From the NCBI GenBank assembly GCA_002269645.1, contig NIVC01001762.1, positions 124,001 to 188,000 on the forward strand: DNA of 64,000 nt, in the 5' to 3' direction. The notes beneath the pieces were generated by a model that was not told the origin of the DNA, searched no databases, and saw only the letters and a list, made by a program, of their open reading frames with translations. Of this stretch, positions 36,633 to 49,974 are shown in pieces. Numbering within the stretch: position 1 is the stretch's first letter; each line of letters opens with the position of its first letter. The translations under genes were made by a program, and so were the position numbers. This DNA is from Macrostomum lignano (Eukaryota).

Positions 36633-37689
36633 TACATCCTGTTGAACCTGCAATGGGCAACACGGACTAGTGACTACCCACTCTAGTTAGATCACATAAA
36701 GCGTGCTCTCGAGCTCTCGCCAAAATTTTCCTGACTAGAATAAGATAAAGGAGCGATTCAGTTAAGTTGAATTGGCTTTCTCAATTAATTCTAAAAATCA
36801 GCATTTGTTAATATAAACCCTATTTGCTTGTTAATACTTTGAAATCTACAATTACAGGAATGTGTGCAATAAAGTAAAACAAACACCACACTGCATGTAT
36901 TGTTATCACAGTGATCATTGTTTATTTAGCAATTAGCTGGCTAAAATTTTTGATTGTTTCTGAGCTACACTTGTGTTGATTGTGCACTAAAGTAGTACTA
37001 GTAGGTAGCCGGTCGTTTTGCTTTGCCCATAAACCATTTCGGCAATGGACACCCCCCAGACCGTTTTGCCCATCATTTCGACCGTTTCATTTGGGGGCGA
37101 AACAACTGGAATTCAAGTAGTAAATAGTTTGGTGATGAAAAAACGACCATCAGCATAGATTATGCTCTGCAATGTGTTCAGTTGTTTATAGAATTCATAA
37201 GCAGCTATTTGAAAAATATAGAACTAGAAGTTTGACTTGACACAGATTGCTTTTTGCAGGTTTGTTCTAGGCCTATCTATTATGGTTCAAAAGTTACAAG
37301 TGCTTAAAGTTTAGAAACATGATGGGACCCTCTTGTGGAATGACCCAGTAGATATAGGCCTATATTCAATATGAACTATATTTCATTTATCATTCAACTA
37401 TTTTTTTATTTATCATTCATTCAATAATGATATATAACAAAAGTCACAAAACATATTTTTTAACAAATCATCCATACCAACTTCTATGAAATGTTTTTTT
37501 ATTTAAGAAGTCATCTTTTGACAAAATGTCTTTTCAATAGATTGTCTGTTTCTTATTTGACCTTTTATATATTTTATATCTTGACCTAGCATGCTAGGCT
37601 TATAAGCTACATGTATCATGTATACTATGCAGTATAATAATACTGAATATATTGTAAAGAAATGAATGCCAAGGATCCTCTTTTGAATT

Positions 37690-39145
37690 CTCAGCCGAAA
37701 GTGCCAAATCAGAGCAGCAAAATCTTACAAGCGAACCATTGAGAATTTATTATATATTAGGGCCATTTCATATTGTTAATTAAAACAAAACTAAATTATA
37801 AAACAATTACACAACATTACATAAATGCACATGCCTGGGCGCAACCTTGGGATTCACTCGGCTATTTCTATTGGCAACACATACATGTATGTTGCTATTG
37901 GACAGAATAGTAATCACATGACTGCTCTCAGCCAATAGTGACTTACATGTGTGTGTTGCCAATAGAAATGGCCGGGTGATTCCCAAGGTTGCGCACATAT
38001 GTAAATACATATAGTGGAAAGTACAATAAAAGAGAAATACTATAGAAATACCATAATACAAATACAAAAGACATGAAGTAAATACAAAATTCTTTATTTT
38101 TAAATTGGATATGCAGATATGTTACATTATTCTCCTCTTAGAAAAGACAATGTCCACATTGTCAATATAAGTATATGTTCAAAAAAATACAAAGTAAAGA
38201 AAGATATACACTATTAAAGATATACAATACTATGCTACAATAAATACTAAATTTGAAGAAATAAATATTGAGCTTGCATTCCCAACTAGACATTTGCAAT
38301 GAGGAAACAAAACATTAAAAGAATAATGGTCTAGTACCAAAAAAGAAGCCAGTTACAAACACAAAAACCAGAACCCAACAGGGTTAGCAAAGCCCCGGGT
38401 TCTCCCTACCACAACTAGCGCAGAGCACAGCATGAATCAAGCAAAACACTTTAAAGCAAAAGGAATTACTTGTACACTTTTGTGATGCACTGCCATTAAG
38501 TGACCTTCACAACAAGTAGAAAATACAATATTAACATTGAAAAAATTATTTGAAAAGTAAAGTACATCATGGCAATTGCCAAAATATAGTATAAAGTACA
38601 TATTAAGAATTACATTAGGTACAAATTAAGTGCAATTACATTAAAAATAATTCAACACAGCATTGAAATGGGAAGATGCAGCTTCTGGACTGTAAAACAG
38701 CAAAATTATCTGCACCTGCAATTTGATTGGCTAGGCTGATGTCAGCTAACTGGGCACGCGCTGCTGATTGGCTGTAACTTAATTGTAATAATACATTTGC
38801 AGTCAATCAATAGATCCAGTGGAGTCCTTCCTGGAATTTGAGTTCTGGTGTGGTCGCCATTGTAACAAAATGAATACTGAGGAGCCTGTTTTAAATTCTT
38901 AGCCAAAAGTGCCAAATCAGAGCGGGGACCTCTTATGAGTGAACCATTGACAATTTATTATATATTTTTTCATATTGTTCATTAAACAAAACTAAATTAT
39001 AAAACAATTATGCAACATTACATAAATACATACAGTGGAAAGTACAATAAAAGAGAAATACTAAAGAAATACTATCATACAAATACAAAAGACAAGTAAA
39101 TACAAAATTCTTTACTTTTAAATTGGATATGCAGATATGTTACAA
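37690..39145 (+). repeat. Local direct duplication of ~250-270 bp AT-rich segment (37690-38130, including a MITE insert, and 38897-39145)
   Basis: Shared agtgccaaatcagagc...aattggatatgcagatatgttaca in both copies. Confidence 0.85.
37830..38001. mobile_element. 172-bp hairpin MITE, copy 2 (opposite orientation)
   Basis: Same element as 31607-31778; flanked by TAAATGCA / TAAATACA (7/8). The paralogous empty site at ~39020 has a single TAAATACA. Confidence 0.85.
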
Positions 39146-40126
39146 TATGCCAAACCAAAAAGTGTAGCAAAAGTCCTTAAATATAGCCTATTTTATATGC
39201 TAACTGTATGCTATTTGTTCCTAATGTGTGCTAATTTTTTGTATTATGATCTTAAATATAAGCTATATTTTATAAACAATATACAATTTTATTTGTTTTT
39301 TTTACCATTTAGAGGGTCTCTAGTGGCTTCAAAAGTTAAAGTTAAGGCTTGCCCACTGTTGAGGGTTGCTTAGCAAAACTAGAGAAATTCAAATCTGGGT
39401 GTTTTTAGTCACTTGGTATAATCTCTTAAAGGTACCAATGGTATCCAGGTAATGATAGAATGCTTGAGAGACTAGCTAAGGATGTCCAAACTGTTGAGGC
39501 TTGCCTTGAGCCTTGTTGAGGCCTACCATCAAGGCTTAATTTGCAAAGCTTGAGAAATTTGTAACAATATGTCTATAGTCACTTGGTACTACCTGTTGAA
39601 GGTCCAGAAGCTCCGTCTGTGTGAAGGCTTCTAGTGACCAGCAAAGTCAAAGCTGATGCAGACACATGTGGTTGACCTGCTGATGAAATTTAGAGACTTG
39701 GCAAGGCTGCACTGAGGTGCAAGGGTGCTGATTGGTGCACAGGGGCATACTAAATACACTAGAGCTTATGGAAAATTTTCAACTTTCTAGCATAATCATC
39801 AAATATCTCGATAGTCCAGAGGGCTGGTGACTTGATTCTTGTTTGAGAAGGTGCACAATAGAAAGTTTAGCCTGTGTTCTTGAATTTTGTGTGCCTGTGT
39901 TGCTCCATTCCTGTGTAGCAAAGAATTGTCAAGGGGGGATTCCCCCTTTCTTGGTAGTTCTACTGTTAATGTAGTAATCTGTATTGCAATAAATTTCAGG
40001 TACAAAAATCATATAAATATAAATCCTATTTAACTGATTTGGTTTCAATTGCAGCACAAAAAAACTGAAACTACATTAATAGCCAACAGAAATCGTCAAA
40101 GCAGACAAATATAAAACTCCAGCCAA

Positions 40127-42895
40127 ATGAGTTCCAGTGGCCGCTATGAGCCCATTGAGCGGCCGCTGTTTGGCGAGAGTCGTGCAACAGACAGCCTGCT
40201 GCACTACATCATAGCCGGGGTGGTCAGCCTCTCTGTACTGCTCACTCTGGTATTCGCATTTGTCTTTCCCAAGTGGCCACCGCGTGGAGTCAACATCATG
40301 TTCGCCGGCTGCATAGCCATGCTGGCCTCTTCGCATCTGCTGCTGGTGGGTTTTGTGTTATTTGGGAATGCTAATTTTGGCAGGCTGTATAGTTAGGGAT
40401 TTTGGTAGTTTATGTTATTAAAGGATTCCATTTAGTGAGACCTTAGTGAGTTTAGAGATTTGACTATAGCGATCCTTCTGGTATTTTTAGACGTTTTTGA
40501 GATTTTGAGATGCCTTTGAGAATCGAAATGATGCATCTGAGATTCGAGATCCCTTAAAGATTATAGAGATCCCATAGAGATTATAAAGATCCCATAGATT
40601 ATATAGATCCAATAGATTATAGAGACCCCATGGAGATTATAGAGATCCAATAGATTATAGAGATCCCATAGAGATTATAGAGATCCCATAGAGATTATAA
40701 AGATCCCATAGAGATTATAGAGATCCCATAGAGATTATAGAGATCCCATAGAGATTATAAAGATCCCATAGAGATTATAGAGATCCCATAGAGATTATAG
40801 AGATCCCATAGAGATTATAGAGATCCCATAGAGATTATAGAGATCCTATAGAGATTATAGAGATCCCATAGAGATTATAGAGATCCAATAGAGATTATAG
40901 AGATCCCATAGAGATTATAGAGATCCCGTAGAGATTATAAAGATCCTATAGAGATTATAAAGATCCCTTAGAGATTATAGAGATCCCATAGAGATTATAG
41001 AGATCCCATAGAGATTATAGAGATCCCATAGAGATTATAGAGATCCCATAGATATTATAAAGATCCTATAGAGATTATAAAGATCCCATAGAGATTATTG
41101 GAGATCCCATAGAGATAATAAAGATCCCATAGAGATTATAGAGATCCCATAGAGATTATAAAGATCCTATAGAGATTATAAAGATCCCATAGAGATTATA
41201 GAGATCCCATAGGGATTATAGAGATCCCATAGAGATTATAGAGATCCCATAGAGATTATAGAGATCCTATAGAGATTATAGAGATCCCATAGAGATTATA
41301 GAAATCCCATAGAGATTATAGAGATCCCATAGAGATTATAGAGATCCCATAGAGATTATAAAGATCCTATAGAGATTATAAAGATCCCATAGAGATTATT
41401 AGAGATCCCATAGAGATAATAAAGATCCTATAGAGATTATAGAGATCCCATAGAGATTATAGAGATCCAATAGAGATTATAGAGATCCCATAGAGATTAT
41501 AGAGATCCCGTAGAGATTATAAAGATCCTATAGAGATTATAAAGATCCCTTAGAGATTATAGAGATCCCATAGAGATTATAGAGATCCCATAGAGATTAT
41601 AGAGATCCCATAGAGATTATAGAGATCCCATAGAGATTATAAAGATCCTATAGAGATTATAAAGATCCCATAGAGATTATTGGAGATCCCATAGAGATAA
41701 TAAAGATCCCATAGAGATTATAGAGATCCCATAGAGATTATAAAGATCCTATAGAGATTATAAAGATCCCATAGAGATTATAGAGATCCCATAGGGATTA
41801 TAGAGATCCCATAGAGATTATAGAGATCCCATAGAGATTATAGAGATCCTATAGAGATTATAGAGATCCCATAGAGATTATAGAAATCCCATAGAGATTA
41901 TAGAGATCCCATAGAGATTATAGAGATCCCATAGAGATTATAAAGATCCTATAGAGATTATAAAGATCCCATAGAGATTATAGAGATCCCATAGAGATTA
42001 TAAAGATCCTATAGAGATTATAAAGATCCCATAGAGATTATAGAGATCCCATAGGGATTATAGAGTCTATAGAGATCCCATAGAGATTATAGAGATCCCA
42101 TAGAGATTATAGAGATCCTATAGAGATTATAGAGATCCCATAGAGATTATAGAAATCCCATAGAGATTATAGAGATCCTATAGAGATTATAGAGATCCCA
42201 TAGAGATTATAGAGATCCCATAGAGATTATAAAGATCCTATAGAGATTATAGAGATCCCATAGAGATTATAGAGATCCCATAAAGATTATAGAGATCCAA
42301 TAGATTATAGAGATCTCGTGGATATTATAGAGATCTAATAGATTATAGAGATCCCATAGAGATTATAGAGATCCCATAGAGATTATAAAGATCCCATAGA
42401 GATTATAGAGATCCCATAGAGATTATAGAGATCCCATAGAGATTATAAAGATCCCATAGAGATTATAGAGATCCCATAGAGATTATAGAGATCCCATAGA
42501 GATTATAAAGATCCCATAGAGATTATAGAGATCCCATAGAGATTATAGAGATCCCATAGAGATTATAGAGATCCCATAGAGATTATAAAGATCCTATAGA
42601 GATTATAGAGATCCAATAGATTATAGAGATCCCATAAAGATTATAGAGATCCAATAGATTATAGAGATCCCATAAATATTATAGAAATAACCATAGAGAA
42701 TTTAGAGATCCCGTAGATATTATAGCCATCCCATAGATGCAGGCATATGATGGTGAACCCCCCTCTCCCATTGCCCAGGTGTACTGGTACAGGCAAGGCG
42801 ACCTGGAGCCCAGATTTCGCCGATTAATTTACTTCAACTCGGTGGCCATTTTTCTGCTGTGCGTGTGCGCCAATCTCTACTTTCACAATGTTTGA
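40127..42895 (+). CDS. TMEM243: Transmembrane protein 243 (C7orf23 family); exons 40127-40345 and 42779-42895; 111 aa
   Basis: Spliced product ...ERPLFGESRATD...FAFVFPKWPPRGVNIMFAGC...LLL|VYWYRQGDLEPRFRRLIYFNSVAIFLLCVCANLYFHNV* matches the TMEM243 signature (RPLFGE, AFVFP, YWYRQGDLEP, CANLYFH) recalled from the human protein. The intron is GT-AG, phase 0. Confidence 0.92.
40550..42730. repeat. 20-bp minisatellite (AGAGATCCCATAGAGATTAT)x~105 filling TMEM243 intron
   Basis: Direct reading; variant blocks repeat at longer period. Confidence 0.96.
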
Positions 42896-44039
42896 ATTTC
42901 ATTTTTCAGCTTTGTTAATAGTTAATTATTATTCAAGACTGATATTGAAGGGATTACTTATTACACTGAATTTTACTTCCACTAGATTTTTTCCTCATCA
43001 ATGTGTTTGTGTTTGCTTTCGAAGCATGCAATTTCTTATCTGTGAAATCGTTTTATTTCTTGGACCTGTCTGTACAATCAGAAAGGTGTTGGTGGCCCAC
43101 AACTGGTGGATGAAGAGCGGAGTGGACCCGGTGAAAACGTTACTGTTGACAAGAATCGCTAAAGAGTCACCGCAAGCAACTCAATAGTGACTCTAGCAAC
43201 TCTGGAGCGATTCTTGTAAAGACTTCAATGCAACGGAGTGGCGACTGTTGAAAAAGTCTACTAAGTCAATTAGAATAAATAGAATTGTTATGAATGCGAA
43301 ATGCAATTCTAATTCATTAAATGACGCAGATGTGCTTCAGATGCAATTCAGTGATTTCACAGCAACTCGGACTCTTTTTGGCGACTTGTACCGTGACATC
43401 TCGTTGTTTTAGAGTCGTCTCCAGAGCCACTTCTTTCCCATTTTACCTGTGTTACCTACAACGACTCTGAGTACAGTTTTCATCGGGGTGCCACGACTGA
43501 AGGATGAGGATAAATTAGAGAGAAATTACTTTGTTTACAGCCAACCTGGTCCACCTGTTCAGATGGCGTTGGTTCTTGAGTTTTAACTGCCTCGCGCTCC
43601 TATCTGCGTACATTAACCGGTATCAATACTTTTTATCGCCGAGTTTTTTGCCTGCCGAGCTGTCGAGGGCCGGACAATGGGCATCGTTTTGTACTTTTCG
43701 CCTTCCTGTAAAATATATTCTTATACTCCTTGCGCTTGTCTACGTATTTTTATGATGTCTATAGAATCATAATAATATAAAATCCTGGTCCTTATTCCGA
43801 TCTATTGCCAAGTGTTTGCAAATTGGAACCTGCTGTAAATGCTCTCAGTTGCAGCTTAAATTGCCGCGAAGTTGCTCTTCAATGTCTAAATTTTCAACCT
43901 GTTAACTGAATGCATCATCTAAGGTCAAGGATGTAGTTTCTTTACACAAAAAATAAATTCTGGCCTGCCTACTAGTAGTAAGCTGGTTTGAATTTGAATA
44001 GAATGGCAGGTCAATTCTGTTGGATAGTACGCTCGTGTA

Positions 44040-44330
44040 TGGAACCAACCTTTTAAACACCGGGACCAATCTGTTAGACACCGGGACCAATCTGTTAGAC
44101 ACCGGGACCAATCTGTTAGACACCGAGACCAATCTTTTAGACATCGGTACAAATCTGTTAGACACCGGGACCAATCTGTTAGACACCGGAGCCAATCTGT
44201 TAGACACCGGAGCCCCAATCTGTTAGACACCGGAGCCAATCTGTTAGACACCGGAGCCCCAATCTGTTAGACACCGGAGCCAATCTGTTAGACACCGGGA
44301 CCATCTGTTAGACACCGGAGCCAATCTGGA
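44040..44330. repeat. 21-bp minisatellite (CCGGGACCAATCTGTTAGACA)x~13
   Basis: Direct reading. Confidence 0.93.
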
Positions 44331-44856
44331 TCCTACATATGTTATTTCGGGGGCCGCCGTGCCAGCAACACCTTGCAATGTCAACACGGAGTTCGCACTG
44401 GAGTCCCGAGGCGTGAAATTACACCCACTTCACTCTGGCCCCCTTGCCGTCTTCCCAATTTGCCAAGTCGGCGGGCGGCTGAGGGCGAGCTGGGGATGGA
44501 TTTCCCACGGTCCTGCAAACTTTGGCATTCGGCCTTGTTGACTCAGGGGCTTGAGCGCGTCTGGCTAGGTGAGAGTTGATGAAGGATTGATGCTGCGTTG
44601 GTTTGGCTATTGCGCGGAATTTGAGTGCATAGCTATGCTAGCAGCGATGATGAGCTGGCTGAAGCCATTCACTGCGAGGCTGGCTGGCGCGCTTCTCACT
44701 CAGTCAGAGCAGTCCTGAACTTCGGAAGAGAGAAATGTTCGGAGAGAAACAACATGGCACTTCAATTCCCCGGAGCCAGCCAGAGTTCTTCCCCTAGACG
44801 GTTAATCTGGCTGTCCCCTTTGTTCGTTCCTCAATCTTGTATCCTTATTAGCTAGA

Positions 44857-45162
44857 TTAATAATAATAATAATTGATTACACCTGTCCTAATGGCCAGAT
44901 GTGCAACCGACAGCTCAGCCGCAGCCATTGCGCAGCGCATCTGAAGGCTGCGTACGGCTGTTCAGTCCAAGGACTGGGGAGGGTCGCCACACACCCTGAA
45001 TTACCCCAGCTAATGCTGGCACCCATTTTACAGCTGGTTGAACTGTAGCAATGCAGAGTTAAGTGTCCTGCACAAGGACACATTGTTACGAGTGGGTGGT
45101 GAATCGAACTCCCGACCTTACAGTCGTGAGTCCGACACTCTAATCAACAAGCTACAACCCCC
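44857..45162 (-). mobile_element. tRNA-derived CORE-type SINE, copy 2
   Basis: Reverse complement reads ggggttgtagcttgttgattagag...gggagttcgattc...gtccttgtgcaggacacttaactctgcattgc...gctgtaaaatgggtgccagcattagctgggg... with (ATT)n tail; collinear with copy 1. Confidence 0.85.
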
Positions 45163-45182
45163 TTTTCTTCCTTTTCCATTGA

Positions 45183-45565
45183 TAGCTAGATTAGCAATCC
45201 CTTCTCTTCCTGCACCCATGATAGGCTAGATTAGCAATCCATTCTATTCCTGCATCCATGATAGGCTAGATTAGCAATCCATTCTACTCCTGCATCCATG
45301 ATAGGCTAGATTAGCAATCCAGTGTATTCCTGCACCCATGATAGGCTAGATTAGCAATCCATTCTATTCCTGCATCCATGATAGGCTAGATTAGCAATCC
45401 ATTCTATTCCTGCATCCATGATAGGCTAGATTAGCAATCCATTCTATTCCTGCATCCAAGACTGGCTAGATTAGCAATCCATTCTATTCCTGCATCCATG
45501 ATAGGCTAGATTAGCAATCCCTTCTATTCCTGCATCCAAGACTGGCTAGATTAGCAATCCATTCC
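45183..45565. repeat. 40-bp minisatellite (ATAGGCTAGATTAGCAATCCATTCTATTCCTGCATCCATG)x~9.5 next to SINE copy 2 5' end
   Basis: Direct reading. Confidence 0.93.
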
Positions 45566-46689
45566 AGCGCCTCATGCAGATGAAAAGCATAGTATATAAG
45601 CAGCCCCGTTCTCCGCTGAATCCAATGGAATTCTCGCACCTGAAAGCAGCCCACAGGACCTGGGCCGGAGTGCTCAGCCAATCGCAGGCCGGTGGCCCAG
45701 CCCCGTCTCTATTACTTGAACTGCAAGCGATGCAGAGACGCTACCCCTGACCCGGCTCTGGATCAGTCGGTAAATTTTCAAACCACAGCTAATCCTAATT
45801 CAGGTCTTTAAAAGAAAATGCTGCCAACATTGTTGCAGACTCTGCTTTCTCTGCTGCTGCTTCTTGTCGTTTGGAAAAGTGAGTGTCGCGTCTGAAATGT
45901 TTTGTACAGTTCAAAAATTCGCCACCCCTTTGGTACTTCTGTATTTGCCACTTTTTCTTAGAAATGCATCTCTAATGAGCTGCGTGGCTGCCTGCTATTG
46001 GCACTGCCGCTGCTCTTTGCGCCTAATTGCTTGAGAGAGCGGAAAAAGAAGTCCAACTGCAGTGTGGTGCGATGAAGACGTTGATGATGATGCTGAAGAA
46101 GCTGCAGAGACTGCCATCCGCACATGCCTAATTAATCGTGCTTCATTAGACCCGCGCTGAATACAAAGGCCGCTAAGGCGGACAGTGGGAGGAGCAGAAA
46201 AGGTGGCAAACTTGCCTGCCACTGTCTGCAGCTGTCTTCTCTCCCTCCACCCGCAGCACTTGCAGATTCCTTTTGTATTCTGGAACCCCCCTGCAGCTGC
46301 AGCCCCTCCAGCCATGAGTCGCAAACTCTGCTATACCGCTGTTCTACTGCTTACACGGGCAATCGTGACCGCTCCCTGCTACTACATGTTTTGGGGTTGG
46401 GGCGCGGTTGCATCGCAGGTAAATAGTACTGGAAACACGCACCCTCACCACTGCCGTGCCGATCGTGCACGCAGAGTTTGAACCGTACAGCGTTAAAATC
46501 GCTCTCAGATCAATTATCAACTAGAAAAACACATGTAAAATGTACCAACATTTATAGGTATAGGCATCTCCTGGGCGTTTGGTAAGTTAGGCCAATTCTA
46601 CCGTTAGTGCGAGCCACCATTCAACTCTGCCCACTCGCTTTATTTTCACACGCCCACCCCAACTTCGCACAACCGCCCTAAATCTGCAC

Positions 46690-47090
46690 ACCCACCCCAT
46701 CTCCATACACACGCCCCAACTCTGCAACCCAACCCAACTCTGCACACCCACCCCAACTCTGCACACCCACCCCAACTCTGCACACTCACCCCAACTCCGC
46801 ACACCCACCCCAAGAGTTTGGGGTGGGTGTACACCCACCCCACCTCTGTACACCCACCCCAACTCTGCACACCCACCCCAACTCCGCACACCCACCCCAA
46901 CTCTGTACACCCACCCCAACTCTGCACACCCACCCCAACTCCGCACACCCACCCCAACTCTGTACAACCATCCCAACCCCGCACACCCACCCCAACTCCG
47001 CACACCCACCCCAACTCCGCACACCCACCCCAACTCCGCACACCCACCCCAACTCCGCACACCCACCCCAACTCCGCACACCCATCCCAA
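46690..47090 (+). repeat. ~19-20-bp minisatellite (CCAACTCCGCACACCCACC), family also at 54850-55090
   Basis: Direct reading. Confidence 0.92.
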
Positions 47091-48029
47091 GTCTTCTCTG
47101 AATGAAGCTAGCAGTCTGCGCACAATCCAAATGCCTCCCCTCGGTCGTGTTGCTTTTGCACTTTCTTCTTCTCTTACTTGACTGTCGCCGGCAGTTGATG
47201 CGGAAAACGTCACCGAAAAGAGGCAGGAAACTTCAGATGATCTTGCTCTGGGCTCCTGTTTGCATTAAATGGCCGGCATTTGCTCTCCGCCTGCTCCAAA
47301 TCCCCCATCCCCGAATGCTAAGCGCATTAGTACCGGACCGTCTCAACTCGTTGTTGCCGTGGGAAAATGCCAGGCTCTGCCCCCTTCCCCCTTCCCCCTC
47401 TCTTTCTCTCCTTCCTCCCATTCGCAGTGACTTCGGCAGCAACAACAGAATTTCACCGATGCGACCCCCGCTGCAAGCAGAGTTGTGAGAAAAACGGAAG
47501 AGTTAAGATTGCTGAGGATTGCCAGCTTGGGTGGTCGGGGGGGGGGGGGCAGGAGAGACGAAGTGGCTGCCAGCTACTCGACTCTAACCTCATTAATTAG
47601 GGGCGGCAAAAGATCAGGACTCGGGCTAAGCCCCCTCCCCCCAAACGGATTTGCAGCTAAAAACGGGGAGAGCGCGCTGGGCCGGCAGCTAAGCCGCTTG
47701 GCTCTCGTGTTGAGCGCTGCTCGAGTTAAGCCCTCAATCACTGGAACTTGAAAACTCTATCTGGCTTGACCGGGAATATGCGGACTCAAAGTGATGGCGT
47801 GAATTTGTCAGCAGATTCCGCTGAGTAGTTTTTCTTATTTTATTACGCAGACGAGGCGGATCAGTCAGTGCCAATTACCTCCCGCTAAGAGGGCTTGAGT
47901 TGACAACTGCCAGCCCTGTCTGTTCATGTCTAGCGTTTCAACAGCTATGCAATGGCTGCCGCGCTCACTGAGACACCGCTCTGTATGACATCCTGAAAGA
48001 CTTCCCCACTTTGAAGGGCACTTCTATGA

Positions 48030-49160
48030 AAGACACCCCTCTGAAAGACACCCCTCTGAAAGACACCTCTCTTAAAAGACACCTCTGTTAAAAGACCCCT
48101 CAAAACACCTCTGTTAAAAGACCCCTCTCTGAAAGCCACCTCTCTTAAAGACACCCCTCTTAAAAGACACCTCTCTTAAAAGACACCTCTCTTAAGACAC
48201 CCCTCTTAAAAGACACCTCTCTTAAGACACCCCTCTTAAAAGACACCCCTCTTAAAAGACATCTCTCTTAAGACACCCCTCTTAAAAGACACCTCTCTTA
48301 AAACACACCTCTCTATAAAGACATCTCTCTGAAAGACACCTTTCTTGAAAGACACTTCTCTTAAGACACCCCTCTTAAAAGACACCTCTCTTAAAACACA
48401 CCTCTCTTTAAAGACATCTCTCTGAAAGACACCTTTCTTGAAAGACACTTCTCTTAAAAGACACCTCTGTTAAAAGACCCCTCTCTTAAAAGACACCTCT
48501 CTTAAGACACCCCTCTTAAAAGACACCTCTCTTAAGACACCCCTCTTAAAAGACACCCCTCTTAAAAGACATCTCTCTTAAAACACACCTCTCTTAAGAC
48601 ACCCCTCTTAAAAGACACCTCTCTTAAGACACCTCTCTTAAAACACACCTCTCTTAAGACACCCCTCTTAAAAGACACCTCTCTTAAGACACCCCTCTTA
48701 AAAGACACCTCTCTTAAAAGACATCTCTCTTAAGACACCCCTCTTAAAAGACACCTCTCTTAAAACACACCTCTCTTTAAAGACATCTCTCTGAAAGACA
48801 GCTCTCTGAAAGTCACCTCTCTTAAAAGACACCTCTCTGAAAGCCACCTCTCTGAAAGCCACCTCTCTTAAGACACCCCTCTTAAAAGACACCTCTGTTA
48901 AAAGACCCCTCTCTGAAAGACATCTCTCTGAAAGTCACCTCTCTGAAAGCCACCTCTCTGAAAGCCACCTCTCTTAAGACACCCCTCTTAAAAGACACCT
49001 CTCTTGAAAGACACCTCTCTGAAAGACACCTCTCTGAAAGACATCCCTATAAAAGGACACCTCTCGGAAAGATACCTCCGTGAAAAGACACCTCTATGAA
49101 TGACACCTCTCTAAAAAAACCTCTGTAAAAGACACCTCTCTTAAAGACACCTCTCTGACG
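48030..49160. repeat. ~16-17-bp degenerate minisatellite (AAGACACCTCTCTTAA)
   Basis: Direct reading. Confidence 0.92.
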
Positions 49161-49574
49161 AACACCTCCAAACAACCTCCTCGAATTGTCCTCGAGAAGG
49201 ATCCAAAGACGCCCTATATTCCGTGAACCAATTAAACTGGTTTAGTAGTACGTTATCCATTTACTCATAGATCTGCAGCGGCTTGCTCAATAAAAAGTCC
49301 CCATCGACCCCGAACTGGCCTCGTCAAACGATGGCTCGGGGCGTCAACCGGACGAGTAACTCATCTCTCATTTATTTTCAACCGGGCGTCTCGTGCCCGG
49401 CAAAGATTTTTATCTGCACTGGTCGATGGCGGCCAGACGCCAGGCAGCGGGCGCAGAATAATCACTTTAGCAGCGGGCGGTTGGGGAGAATTATCCCCCG
49501 AGCGACTGCGAGACGATCCAAGATATCGACTGTTAAATAATTCTGATAGTCACCGCCTCGCCGCAAAATTAGAG

Positions 49575-49945
49575 GTGAGGAGACAGAGAGATAAGGGGAG
49601 ATAGAGAGATAAGGGGAGATAGAGAGATAAGGGGAGATAGAGAGATAAGGGGAGATAGAGAGATAAGGGGAGATAGAGAGATAAGGGGAGATAGAGAGAT
49701 AAGGGGAGACAGAGAGATAAGGGGAGATAGAGAGATAAGGGGAGATAGAGAGATAAGGGGAGATAGAGAGATAAGGGGAGATAGAGAGATAAGGGGAGAT
49801 AGAGAGATAAGGGGAGATAGAGAGATAAGGGGAGATAGAGAGATAAGGGGAGATAGAGAAAGATAAGGGGAGACAGAGTGATAAAGGGAGATAGAGAGAT
49901 AAGGGGAGATAGAGAGATAAGGGGAGATAGAGAGATAAGGGGAGG
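49575..49945. repeat. 18-bp purine minisatellite (GAGATAAGGGGAGATAGA)
   Basis: Direct reading. Confidence 0.93.
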
Positions 49946-49974
49946 AAGAGAAATGAGTTGCGAGACCGACATAA

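Noticed and set aside
43160-43426. Imperfect inverted repeat (ctctggagcgattc / gagtcgtctccagag) as a MITE
   Set aside because: Short, gapped match, single copy in the window, and no TSD.
46313-47530. Possible small gene (MSRKLCYTAVLL...ASQ|GT at ~46419; Cys-rich segment ~47437-47530)
   Set aside because: Could not build a phase-consistent exon chain or recognise any domain; left uncalled rather than excluded.
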